Positions 18,584-28,126 of a DNA stretch of 64,000 nucleotides are shown piece by piece. The notes beneath the pieces were generated by a model. It saw only the letters and a program-made list of their open reading frames with translations, did not search any database and was not told where the DNA came from. This DNA comes from an uncultured Pelagibacteraceae bacterium (GTDB lineage Bacteria > Pseudomonadota > Alphaproteobacteria > Pelagibacterales > Pelagibacteraceae): the NCBI GenBank assembly GCA_902593445.1, contig CACJIJ010000001.1, positions 15,069 to 79,068 on the forward strand. The letters run 5' to 3'. Numbering within the stretch: the stretch's first letter is position 1; each line of letters starts with the position of its first letter. A program made the translations under genes and the position numbers.

Positions 18584-19768
18584 ATGCAAAAATTTAAATC
18601 AGTTGAAGAATTAGTTAATCAGCTGAAACCTGAAAAACCAGTTTACTGTATAAGAAAGAACTCTATTAAATCTGCTGTTAAATTTTTCTTAAACAAATTC
18701 CCTGGAAAAATTTTATATGCAGTCAAAACTAATCCACAACCAGAGGTAATCAAAACAATTATAGAAAGTGGAGTTGAGCAATTTGATGTTGCATCAATCG
18801 AGGAAATTAAAAATATTAGAGATTTTAGCAATACAGCTAAATGCTCTTATATGCATACCGTTAAAAGCAGAGAAAGTATAAAAGAAGCATATTTTAATTA
18901 TGGTGTAAAAACTTTTTCTTTAGATACTAAAGATGAACTGATTAAAATAATTGAAAGTACAAATAATGCTAAAGATTTAGAGTTATTTGTAAGAGTTGCT
19001 GTTTCAAATGAACATGCAGAAATTGATTTATCAAAAAAATTTGGTGCTTTAACATCAGAAGCAATAGGTTTGTTAAGACTTGCAAAACAACATTCTAAAA
19101 AGATTGGTTTAAGTTTTCACGTTGGTTCGCAGTGTATGCATCCAATTTCTTACTCAAAAGGAATTAGTGAAATTGGAAATATAATTAAAAAGACAAAAAT
19201 TATTCCAGATTATATTAATGTAGGTGGAGGTTTCCCTACAATCTATCCTGACTTAATTCCACAATCTTTAGATAATTATTTTAATGAAATAAATAAGAGT
19301 TTAGAAAATTTAAAGCTTGAAAAACTTCCTGAAATTATTTGTGAGCCTGGCAGAGCTCTTGTTGCAGAAAGTGGCTCAACAGTTGTAAGAGTTAATTTAA
19401 GAAAAAAACAAAAGCTTTATATTAATGATGGTACCTATGGTACTCTTTTTGATGCGGGTACACCTAATATTGTATTTCCATCTAGAATGATTAAAGAAAA
19501 TTCTAACAAAATAATTTCAAAAAAATTAACTGCTTTTGATTTCTTTGGACCTACATGTGATAGCATGGATTATATGAAAGGTCCTTTTTTGCTTCCAAAT
19601 AATATTAAAGAAAATGATTATATTGAACTTGGTCAACTTGGGGCATATGGATTGACATTTAGAACTCAGTTTAATGGTTATTACTCAGATGAAATTTACG
19701 AAGTTGAAGATAATCCAATAATGACAATGTATGATAAAGACATTAACAAAGCTAACATGGTAGCTTAA
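18584..19768 (+). CDS. PLP-dependent fold-III (alanine racemase fold) basic amino acid decarboxylase; ODC homologue, probably acting on arginine given its operon
   Basis: YAVKTN (PLP Lys), FDVAS, HVGSQ, GGGF, EPGR, GPTCDSMD, GAYG; GGAGG SD at 18571-18575 supports ATG 18584. Confidence 0.88.
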   Translation: MQKFKSVEELVNQLKPEKPVYCIRKNSIKSAVKFFLNKFPGKILYAVKTNPQPEVIKTIIESGVEQFDVASIEEIKNIRDFSNTAKCSYMHTVKSRESIKEAYFNYGVKTFSLDTKDELIKIIESTNNAKDLELFVRVAVSNEHAEIDLSKKFGALTSEAIGLLRLAKQHSKKIGLSFHVGSQCMHPISYSKGISEIGNIIKKTKIIPDYINVGGGFPTIYPDLIPQSLDNYFNEINKSLENLKLEKLPEIICEPGRALVAESGSTVVRVNLRKKQKLYINDGTYGTLFDAGTPNIVFPSRMIKENSNKIISKKLTAFDFFGPTCDSMDYMKGPFLLPNNIKENDYIELGQLGAYGLTFRTQFNGYYSDEIYEVEDNPIMTMYDKDINKANMVA

Positions 19769-20811
19769 TGTCGAGTCAAAAAAATCCAGGTCATAACAGT
19801 AAAAGAGATTTCTTAAAAAATCCTGTTGAGCACATCGATATAACTTCTTTTGATAGTAGAAAAATTATATCCTCAATGGAAAAAATGTCATTTGTTTCTA
19901 GAGAAACAGCAAATGCTGCTAATATTTTTAACGAGATGCTTAAAGATAAGGACTGTACTATTTTTCTTACTTTAGCTGGATCTACTTCTGCAGCTGGATG
20001 TATGAATATTTATAAAGATTTAGTTAAATATAATATGGTAGATGCGATTGTTGCAACTGGTGCCTCAATAGTAGATATGGATTTTTTTGAAGCTCTTGGT
20101 TTTAAACATTATCAAGGTTCACAATTTCAAGATGATACTGAGTTGAGGGACAACTATATAGATAGAATTTATGATACTTACATAGATGAAGAAGAGCTTC
20201 AAATGTGCGATAAAATTATATGTGAAATCGCAAATAACTTAGAAGCGAAAAGCTATACTTCAAGAGAGTTCATTTATGAAATGGGAAAATATTTAAAAAA
20301 TAACTCAAAGAAAAAAGACTCTTTAATTGAAACCGCTTTTGACAACAATGTTCCAATTTTCTGCCCGGCTTTTACTGACTCTAGTGCAGGATTTGGTTTG
20401 GTTATGCATCAAGAACAAAACCCAAAAAAACATATGACGATAGACTCGGTTAGAGAATTTAGAGAACTAACAGAAATTAAAATCAAGTCTAAAGGTTCTG
20501 GATTATTTATGATTGGTGGTGGTGTGCCTAAAAACTTTATTCAAGATACTGTTATTTGCGCTGAACTATTAGGAAAAAATGTAGACATGCATAAATATGC
20601 TGTTCAAATTACTGTTGCTGATAGTAGAGACGGTGCGTGTAGCAGCTCCACATTGAAAGAAGCAAGCTCATGGGGAAAAGTAGATGTTACAAAAGAACAG
20701 ATGGTTTTTGCAGAAGCAACTAGTGTTTTGCCATTAATTGCTAGTGATGCTTATCATAAAGGTGAGTGGAAAAATAGAACAAGAAAAAACTTTACAAAAA
20801 TTTTTAAATAA
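19768..20811 (+). CDS. Deoxyhypusine synthase-like aminobutyl transferase (SpeY type)
   Basis: LAGSTSAAG, ATGA.IVDMD, IDRIYD, CPAFTDSSAG, IGGGVPKN, DGACSSSTL.EA.SWGK with the catalytic Lys. Confidence 0.88.
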   Translation: MSSQKNPGHNSKRDFLKNPVEHIDITSFDSRKIISSMEKMSFVSRETANAANIFNEMLKDKDCTIFLTLAGSTSAAGCMNIYKDLVKYNMVDAIVATGASIVDMDFFEALGFKHYQGSQFQDDTELRDNYIDRIYDTYIDEEELQMCDKIICEIANNLEAKSYTSREFIYEMGKYLKNNSKKKDSLIETAFDNNVPIFCPAFTDSSAGFGLVMHQEQNPKKHMTIDSVREFRELTEIKIKSKGSGLFMIGGGVPKNFIQDTVICAELLGKNVDMHKYAVQITVADSRDGACSSSTLKEASSWGKVDVTKEQMVFAEATSVLPLIASDAYHKGEWKNRTRKNFTKIFK

Positions 20812-20813
20812 AA

Positions 20814-21689
20814 TTGAAATATCTCTCAAATAAAAACGGATTTTTAGGAATTGATAATAAGTTTAGCTTCAAAGAAAAAGCTGTAATTGTTCCATTTGGA
20901 TTAGAAAAGACTGTCAGTTATGGAGGAGGAACAAGAAATGGACCTAAAGAAATTATTAAAGCATCTCATCAAGTTGAGCTATATGATGAAGAACTTAACT
21001 GCGAACCTTATAAGAAAATAGGTATTAGAACTTTAAAACCATTTAAAATAGACAAAAATATTAAAAAAGCCCTGAATAAAATCTCAAAAATTAATAAAGA
21101 GATTTTAGATAAAAAAATTTTCCCAATGACTTTAGGTGGAGAACATTCGATAACACCTGGATGTATTGTTCCTTTTACTAAAAAATATAAAAATATTTGT
21201 CTCTTGCATTTTGATGCACATGCAGATTTACGTCAAAGTTATAATGGAGAAAAATTTTCACATGCGTCAGCAATTAGAAGGTGTTTGGATTATAAAAATG
21301 TTTCTTTAATTTCATTTGGGATAAGAAACATCTCGGAAAGTGAAATCCCATTTTTAAAAAAGAATTCTTCAAGAATAAATATTTTTTGGGCAAAAGATAA
21401 AAAAAAATGGAATTTGTCTAAATTTAAAAAACTGATTAAAAACAAAACTGTTTATCTAACATTTGATGTAGATGGACTAGATTCAAGTATTATGCCTGCA
21501 ACTGGAACACCTGAACCAGGAGGACTTTTGTGGGACGAAACATTAGATATAATTAGAATTGCAGCTAAAAACTCGAAAATTGTTGGAGCAGATATTAATG
21601 AACTATCTCCAATTAAAGGATTTAATTCTTATAATTTTCTCGTTGCAAAATTAGCTTATAAAATTTTGTCTTATAAATTTTTATATTAA
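20814..21689 (+). CDS. speB: Agmatinase / ureohydrolase
   Basis: GGEHS, HFDAHADL, TFDVDGLD, PATGTPEPGG; TTG start. Confidence 0.88.
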   Translation: MKYLSNKNGFLGIDNKFSFKEKAVIVPFGLEKTVSYGGGTRNGPKEIIKASHQVELYDEELNCEPYKKIGIRTLKPFKIDKNIKKALNKISKINKEILDKKIFPMTLGGEHSITPGCIVPFTKKYKNICLLHFDAHADLRQSYNGEKFSHASAIRRCLDYKNVSLISFGIRNISESEIPFLKKNSSRINIFWAKDKKKWNLSKFKKLIKNKTVYLTFDVDGLDSSIMPATGTPEPGGLLWDETLDIIRIAAKNSKIVGADINELSPIKGFNSYNFLVAKLAYKILSYKFLY

Positions 21690-22240
21690 ACTTTAATTGG
21701 TTTAATAATTTTCAATAACATTCTGAATGGTATCAACATTATTACAGCAACTAAAATTTTAACTGCTAAATCTCCAAAAGATAAAGTAACCCAGGGCACT
21801 CCTGTTGCATAAAATGATATTGAGAAAAATAAAAATGTATCGACTGTTGATCCAATCAAAGATGAAGTAAGTGGAGCTACAAACCACTCTTTTTTTCTTA
21901 ATCGATCAAAAATTTGAATGTCTAACAATTGAGCGGTAATAAAAGCTACCCCTGATCCTATTGCAATTCTAACAGAAATTAAATCTGCAAAATCAGTTGA
22001 GAATAACAATGTAAATATAATTCCTATTAAAAAGCCCAAATATACAATTTGCCTTGCTAATAATTTTCCATACGACCTATTTGCTAAATCTGTTATTAAA
22101 AAAGCTATTGGGTAACTAAAAGCTCCATAAGTTAAAATCTCATTTAATCCAAGATAGTTTATTGGGAACTGAACTAAATAATTAGAAGATAGTACAACAA
22201 CCCCCATCATTATCGACAGGGTGATAAATAATTTGTTCAT
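21686..22240 (-). CDS. Queuosine precursor transporter (YhhQ/Vut_1 family)
   Basis: SNYLVQ, LTYGAFSYPIAFLITD, RIA.GS..AF..AQLLD..IFD.LR, SS.IGS.VDT.LFF; ATG overlaps the rpmB TGA. Confidence 0.82.
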   Translation of the reverse strand: MNKLFITLSIMMGVVVLSSNYLVQFPINYLGLNEILTYGAFSYPIAFLITDLANRSYGKLLARQIVYLGFLIGIIFTLLFSTDFADLISVRIAIGSGVAFITAQLLDIQIFDRLRKKEWFVAPLTSSLIGSTVDTFLFFSISFYATGVPWVTLSFGDLAVKILVAVIMLIPFRMLLKIIKPIKV

Positions 22241-22551
22241 CAAGCTGATTTAGCTACAGGTTTCTTTTTAAAAGGGGATTTAATTAAAACTACTTTTTTT
22301 AACTTTTTTAATCTAGGAGATAAATTTTTATTTTTTACAGTTTTTAAAAATTCATCAAAACTACCTTTTTTGTCAACTGACCTTACACCTGAGTTGCTTA
22401 CAGTAAGTTTTAAACTTCTTCCAGTGAGCTCACTTGTAAATTTTACTTTTTTAAGATTAGGTAAAAATCTTCTTTTAGTCTTGTTGTTAGCATGACTAAC
22501 ATTATGACCTTTCATAGGAATTTTACCGGTAAGTTCGCATTTTTTTGACAT
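22240..22551 (-). CDS. rpmB: 50S ribosomal protein L28
   Basis: [10 protein letters not shown]....[19 protein letters not shown]; real start is ATG 22551, not 22653. Confidence 0.95.
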   Translation of the reverse strand: MSKKCELTGKIPMKGHNVSHANNKTKRRFLPNLKKVKFTSELTGRSLKLTVSNSGVRSVDKKGSFDEFLKTVKNKNLSPRLKKLKKVVLIKSPFKKKPVAKSA

Positions 22552-22563
22552 AATAACAGTGCC

Positions 22564-22593
22564 TATATAAGGTGAGATATTGAAGGCGTCAAG
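22564..22593 (-). promoter_or_regulatory. Putative sigma70 promoter of rpmB
   Basis: Minus strand cTTGACG-N17-TATATA, 12 nt before the ATG. Confidence 0.6.
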
Positions 22594-22603
22594 TTTAATA
22601 CAT

Positions 22604-23656
22604 TTAAGAAACAGTTTTATTTCCCACAATTTCTGTGAAATTTTTAACACCATCTCTTATTAGTAATTCTTTTAGGTCTTTTTTAATGATACCAGCAATA
22701 TTAGGTCCTTGAAATACCATACCGGTGTACAACTGAACATAATCTGCTCCTAATAAAAACTTATCATAAGCTGCTTTACCAGAGTCAACGCCGCCTACTC
22801 CAATTATTTTAATTTTACCTTTAATTAAATTGTAGAATTTACTTATTAAAAGATTTGATTTTTTTTCAATAGGTTTTCCAGATAAACCACCTTTTTGATG
22901 TCTCTGTATATTTTGAAGTTTTTCCCTAGAAGCTTCGGAAGTATTTGAAATTATTATTGCGCTTATTTCATTTTCTAAAAGTATTTCTGAAATTAAGCCA
23001 ATTTGATTTTCATTTATATCTGGTGAAATTTTTACAGCTATAGGAATTTCAGTTTTTAATTTTTTTTTTTTCTCTGAGACAGATTTTAATAACTCTTTTA
23101 ATTTATTCTCTTCATGAAAATTTCTAAGATTTTCAGTATTTGGTGAAGAAATATTAATTGTAATATAATCTGCAACCTCAGAAAATTTTTCTAATCCAAT
23201 TAAATAATCATTCAATCTATCATTAGAATCTTTATTTGGGCCCACATTTACACCTAGTAAACCTAGTTTTTTATTAGATTTTATTCTGTTTAATATTGTA
23301 TCTGATCCATGGTTGTTAAAACCCAACCTATTAATTAATGCTTGATCTTCTACCAATCTAAATACTCTTGGTTTTTCATTTCCATATTGTTTTAATGGTG
23401 TAACCGTGCCCACTTCAACAAATCCAAAACCCAATTTAAATAAAGGGTTGTATACCTCTGCATTCTTATCAAAACCTGCTGCAATGCCGATAGGATTATC
23501 AAGATCTCGATTAAATAATTTGGTTTTTAAAAGTGGATCATTTTTGTTTTCATCAAATATATTTGAAACTAAATTGAGTTTAAGAGATTGAATTGCTAAA
23601 AAGTGTGCTCTTTCAGGATCTATTTTAAATATTAAAGATCTTAAATTTGAATACAT
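22604..23656 (-). CDS. pyrD: Quinone-dependent dihydroorotate dehydrogenase (class 2)
   Basis: [52 protein letters not shown]. Confidence 0.96.
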   Translation of the reverse strand: MYSNLRSLIFKIDPERAHFLAIQSLKLNLVSNIFDENKNDPLLKTKLFNRDLDNPIGIAAGFDKNAEVYNPLFKLGFGFVEVGTVTPLKQYGNEKPRVFRLVEDQALINRLGFNNHGSDTILNRIKSNKKLGLLGVNVGPNKDSNDRLNDYLIGLEKFSEVADYITINISSPNTENLRNFHEENKLKELLKSVSEKKKKLKTEIPIAVKISPDINENQIGLISEILLENEISAIIISNTSEASREKLQNIQRHQKGGLSGKPIEKKSNLLISKFYNLIKGKIKIIGVGGVDSGKAAYDKFLLGADYVQLYTGMVFQGPNIAGIIKKDLKELLIRDGVKNFTEIVGNKTVS

Positions 23657-25218
23657 TATTTTAATTTACTAATTATCAACTCTTTTGTTTCCTTAACACC
23701 AAAAAAACTTATAAAAAAACCCATTCTTGGTCCATTTTCATCGCCAAATACCACTTCATAAATTAACTTAAACCAATCTCTAAGGTTTTCTGCATACCCA
23801 TTCTCTTTACCTGTTGAATAAATTAATGTTTGTATATCCTCTGGAGACATCTCATCATTACATTTTTCTAAAGTTTTAACTAAAGCTTGCAGAGCTAATT
23901 TTTCATTTTCAGATGGATTTTTATATTTTTTTTGAGCCTTAATAACATCATTAAAATATTTAATTGCATAACCAACTAATCCATCAAAAATTGGAAAGTT
24001 TTTTTCATGAATATTAGATTTATATTTTTTAACAAACTTCCATAATAAATCTTTATTATCAGCATTACTCGTTTCAACTAAATTTAACAACATAGAAAAA
24101 GTCATAATCATCTCTTCTTTTGGAATGTTTCCATTATGAACATGCCAAACAGGATTCATTACTAATTGTTGTTCTGTTTGTTTTTTTGATTTTTCAATAT
24201 TATCGAGGTACTCATCTACAGCTTTAGGGACTATTTCTTTATAAAGTTTTTTTGCTCTTTTTGGATTTTGATACATGTATAAAGATAAGCTTTCGGGTGA
24301 GGCATATTTTAACCACTGGTCGATGGTAATACCATTTCCTTTTGATTTTGAAATTTTTTCACCCTTTTCATCAAGAAATAATTCATAAGCAAATCCAGAT
24401 GGATGTTTTTTACCAATTAAATTTATAATTTTAGTTGATAAAATTGCACTTTCAATAAGGTCTTTTCCATACATTTCGAAATCTATATCCAAAGCATACC
24501 ATCTCATTGCCCAATCAACTTTCCATTGTAATTTACAATTTCCATCTAAAATACTAGTTTCTAATTTTTTACCCTTATTATCAAAAATTATTTTAGAATT
24601 TTTTTTATCAATTTCTATAACAGGTATTTCAAGAACATGTCCTGTATCTGGACAAATAGGTAAAAAGGGACAGTAAGTTTGTTGACGTTCCTTGCCTAAA
24701 GTTGGAAGTATAATATTCATTATACCATCATAATTTTGTAAAATAATTTTTAAAGTTGGGTTAAAAAAACCACCTTTATATAAAGATGTTGAACTTTTAA
24801 AACTATATTTAAAACTAAAACTATTTAAAAAATCTTTTAACATTTCATTATTATGCTCTCCAAAACTTGCAAATTTTTCAAATGGGTCTGGAACTTGTGT
24901 TAATGGTTTATGAAGATTTTTATTAAGTAATTCCTGATTAGGAACATTATCAGGAACTTTTCTTAAACCATCCATGTCATCGGAAAAAGTAATTATCTCT
25001 GTTGGTAGATTTGTAAGTTGCTTTAAAGCATTGACCATCATTGAAGTTCTTGCAACTTCACCAAAAGTTCCAATATGAGGTAGGCCACTAGGCCCATATC
25101 CTGTTTGAAGGGTAATTTTGCCTTTTTTATCAATAGATGATTTTCTTTCTCGAAGCAATTTTTTTGCTTCAACAAAAGGCCAAGCACTTGTTTTATCTAA
25201 AATTTCTTTTTTAATCAC
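23656..25218 (-). CDS. lysS: Lysine--tRNA ligase, class I
   Basis: WPF.EA, TGYGPSGLPHIGTFGEV (HIGH-like), KLQWKVDW, KISKSKGN (KMSKS-like), GPR.G.F; GTG start. Confidence 0.95.
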   Translation of the reverse strand: MIKKEILDKTSAWPFVEAKKLLRERKSSIDKKGKITLQTGYGPSGLPHIGTFGEVARTSMMVNALKQLTNLPTEIITFSDDMDGLRKVPDNVPNQELLNKNLHKPLTQVPDPFEKFASFGEHNNEMLKDFLNSFSFKYSFKSSTSLYKGGFFNPTLKIILQNYDGIMNIILPTLGKERQQTYCPFLPICPDTGHVLEIPVIEIDKKNSKIIFDNKGKKLETSILDGNCKLQWKVDWAMRWYALDIDFEMYGKDLIESAILSTKIINLIGKKHPSGFAYELFLDEKGEKISKSKGNGITIDQWLKYASPESLSLYMYQNPKRAKKLYKEIVPKAVDEYLDNIEKSKKQTEQQLVMNPVWHVHNGNIPKEEMIMTFSMLLNLVETSNADNKDLLWKFVKKYKSNIHEKNFPIFDGLVGYAIKYFNDVIKAQKKYKNPSENEKLALQALVKTLEKCNDEMSPEDIQTLIYSTGKENGYAENLRDWFKLIYEVVFGDENGPRMGFFISFFGVKETKELIISKLK

Positions 25219-25307
25219 GAATATATCTTTTTAAAATCTTAAATTAGCGATTTTATTAATTCTTATAGAGTTGAAATTTATTTACCATAAAATAATGTTC
25301 TTTCAAA

Positions 25308-26747
25308 ATGTCTAATTATAAAACTGTTTTTTTTACATTAGGAATTTTGCAAATAATATTGGGTGTCTCAATGTTCATCCCTATAATTGCACAATTTATT
25401 TATTCTGAAATAGATTCATCATTTTTTGGTGCATCTATTGTGACTATTATTTTTGGATCATTATTTTTTCTTTCAAATCTAGACCACGATAAAAAATTAA
25501 ACTTACAACAAGCATTTTTATTAACTGCTTTGTCATGGTTAAGTATTGCTATTTTTGGATCTTTACCATTTGTATTTTCTAATATGGAACTTTCAATTAC
25601 TGATGCTTTTTTTGAAAGTATGTCTGGTATTACAACAACTGGATCTACAATTATTTCTAACTTAGAGAATACACCAAAAGGTATTCTGTTATGGAGAGCA
25701 ATACTTCAATGGTTAGGTGGAATTGGTATAATAGTAATGGCAATTACTTTAATGCCTATAATGAACGTTGGTGGTATGCAATTATTTAAAATTTCTAGCA
25801 ACGATTCATCTGAAAAAATTTTACCTAAATCAAAAGAAATAGCTTTGAGGCTTATTTATATTTATTCAGGTTTAACTGCTCTTTGTGGATTTTCATATTG
25901 GATATTTGGAATGGGAAAATTTGATAGCTTAACTCATTCTATGACAACGATAGCAACTGGTGGATTTTCAAATTATAATCAATCAATCGGATATTTTAAC
26001 AGTGTTCCTATAGAAATATCGTCAATGATTTTTATAATTTTAGGCAGTATTCCATTTATTGCATACATAAAATTTCTAAGTGGAAACAAAAAAATTTTTT
26101 TAAATGATATTCAAATAAGGACGTTTGTTAAAATAATAATTATTAGTATTATTATATTATCAATTTATTTATTGTTTAATAATAGTGAAAACTTTAGTTT
26201 AAGATCTGTTTTTTTTAATACTATTTCAATATTAACGGGAACAGGTTATGTAAATGCTGAATTTGATGGTTGGGGAAGCTTTCCTGTAACAATATTTATT
26301 GCTCTAATGTTTATTGGAGGATGTGCTGGATCTACAACATGTGGTATAAAAATTTTTAGAATTCAAATTCTAAATCTATTTATAATAAATCAACTAAAAA
26401 AGATTATTTATCCAAAAGGAATATTTGTGATTAAATATGATCAAGGATCTGTAGATGACAAATTTATTTCTTCAATCATATCTTTTATTTATTTTTATTT
26501 TGTAATATTTTTTATTTTAGCGGCATTATTATCTCTAACAGGTCTTGACTTTATTACTGCAATATCTGGAGCAGCAACATCTATTTCAAATGTTGGTCCA
26601 GGATTAGGGCCAATAATTGGTCCAAATGGAGATTTTTCATCTTTACCTGACATTTCTAAATGGATATTAACTGTGGGTATGATTTTAGGTAGACTTGAGC
26701 TGTTTGCAATATTAGTATTGTTCTTACCATCATTTTGGAGAAATTAA
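25308..26747 (+). CDS. trkH: Trk potassium uptake membrane subunit
   Basis: FESMSGITTTG, QWLGG.G, ATGGFS, IGGC.GST.CG.K..R, NVGPG, M.LGRLE. Confidence 0.93.
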   Translation: MSNYKTVFFTLGILQIILGVSMFIPIIAQFIYSEIDSSFFGASIVTIIFGSLFFLSNLDHDKKLNLQQAFLLTALSWLSIAIFGSLPFVFSNMELSITDAFFESMSGITTTGSTIISNLENTPKGILLWRAILQWLGGIGIIVMAITLMPIMNVGGMQLFKISSNDSSEKILPKSKEIALRLIYIYSGLTALCGFSYWIFGMGKFDSLTHSMTTIATGGFSNYNQSIGYFNSVPIEISSMIFIILGSIPFIAYIKFLSGNKKIFLNDIQIRTFVKIIIISIIILSIYLLFNNSENFSLRSVFFNTISILTGTGYVNAEFDGWGSFPVTIFIALMFIGGCAGSTTCGIKIFRIQILNLFIINQLKKIIYPKGIFVIKYDQGSVDDKFISSIISFIYFYFVIFFILAALLSLTGLDFITAISGAATSISNVGPGLGPIIGPNGDFSSLPDISKWILTVGMILGRLELFAILVLFLPSFWRN

Positions 26748-26749
26748 AT

Positions 26750-28126
26750 ATGCAAGAAGCAAAAAAACAAACTTGGCTAGACTCTCTTTCAGTTTACAAA
26801 GATGTTCGAATGATAAGAATTTTGCTTTTAGGTTCTATTAGTGGATTTCCTTGGGTTTTAATTGCAAGTAGCTTAAGTCTTTGGCTGAAAGAAGAAGGAT
26901 TAAGCAGGTCAACAATTGGATGGGCAGGTTTAATTTTTGGAGTATACGCTTTTAATTATTTGTGGGCACCAATCATTGATAGAATTCAAATTCCAATACT
27001 AACAAAAAAACTAGGCCATAGAAGAGGATGGATAGTTTTGATGCAATTGATTATTTTATTGAGCTTATTAGTTTGGAGTGTGATAAACCCTACAGAAAAT
27101 TTAGCATTATTAATTACAGTTGGATTAATTATTGCTATTGCATCAGCAACTCAAGATATAACTGTAGATGCTTTAAGAATTGAGCAAATAAATGAAAATG
27201 AAGGAAAATCTATGGCTGCTGGTGCAGCTATGGCTGTTGTTGGCTGGTGGACAGGCTATAAATTAGGAGGAGTTGTTGCTTTATTCACGGCAGAATATTT
27301 TGAAAATCTAGGTATTGTAGATTATTGGCAAGCCACTTTTTTGATTTTAGGTGTTTTGATTATTTTAATGAACATAGGGTTAATGTTTGTTCATGAACCA
27401 ATTGAAACGGATAGACAAGCAAAACAAAGAGAGACAGACAAATTAATTGAGGGAAAACTTGGTTCTAGCAATATTATTACAAACTTTATTGCTTATATTA
27501 CAGGAACTATAGGTGGGCCTATTATTAGTTTTTTTAAAAAAAATGGTTTCGCAATTGCTGTAGGAATTTTGGGCTTTGTCTTTTTGTTTAAAATAGGTGA
27601 AGCTTTCATGGGAAGAATGTCAATTGTCTTCTATAAAGAAATTGGATTTTCCAAAGGTCAGATTGCAATTTATTCAAAAGGACTTGGTTGGATAACAACA
27701 GTTGTATTTACATTATTAGGTGGAGTAATGGCCATGAGGGCAGGAACAATTAAAACGATGTTCTTTGCTGGAGGGCTAATGGCTTTAACAAATCTTTTAT
27801 TTGCAGTTTTAGCATGGACAGGAAAATCTGAAATTTTATTCGCAATTGCTGTTATAGCTGATGATATTACTGCTGCATTTGCGACCGTAGCATTTGTTGC
27901 ATTTATATCATTATTGGTTGATAGAACTTATACAGCAACACAATATGCATTACTTGCTTCAATTGGTACTGCTGGCAGAACAACACTTGCTTCCTCTTCT
28001 GGAGCATTAGTTGATTGGTTAAATGGAGACTGGGGAACTTTTTTTGTTTTAACCACAATAATGGTTATACCTTCACTAATTTGTTTATGGTTAATAAAAA
28101 ACAAAATTAAAATTGGTGCAAAGTAA
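26750..28126 (+). CDS. ampG: AmpG-like muropeptide MFS permease
   Basis: LG..SGFP, Y....LWAP.IDR, G.RRGW, SATQDI.VDA.RIE, TATQYALL.S; ATG 26750. Confidence 0.85.
   Translation: MQEAKKQTWLDSLSVYKDVRMIRILLLGSISGFPWVLIASSLSLWLKEEGLSRSTIGWAGLIFGVYAFNYLWAPIIDRIQIPILTKKLGHRRGWIVLMQLIILLSLLVWSVINPTENLALLITVGLIIAIASATQDITVDALRIEQINENEGKSMAAGAAMAVVGWWTGYKLGGVVALFTAEYFENLGIVDYWQATFLILGVLIILMNIGLMFVHEPIETDRQAKQRETDKLIEGKLGSSNIITNFIAYITGTIGGPIISFFKKNGFAIAVGILGFVFLFKIGEAFMGRMSIVFYKEIGFSKGQIAIYSKGLGWITTVVFTLLGGVMAMRAGTIKTMFFAGGLMALTNLLFAVLAWTGKSEILFAIAVIADDITAAFATVAFVAFISLLVDRTYTATQYALLASIGTAGRTTLASSSGALVDWLNGDWGTFFVLTTIMVIPSLICLWLIKNKIKIGAK

Noticed and set aside
23051-23080. Long A/T homopolymers (e.g. 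the T run in pyrD) as phase-variation sites
   Set aside because: They are poly-Lys codons in an AT-rich genome, reading frames are intact, and the genes are housekeeping
25308-26747. trkH without an adjacent trkA
   Set aside because: trkA is often unlinked; this cannot be judged from the window
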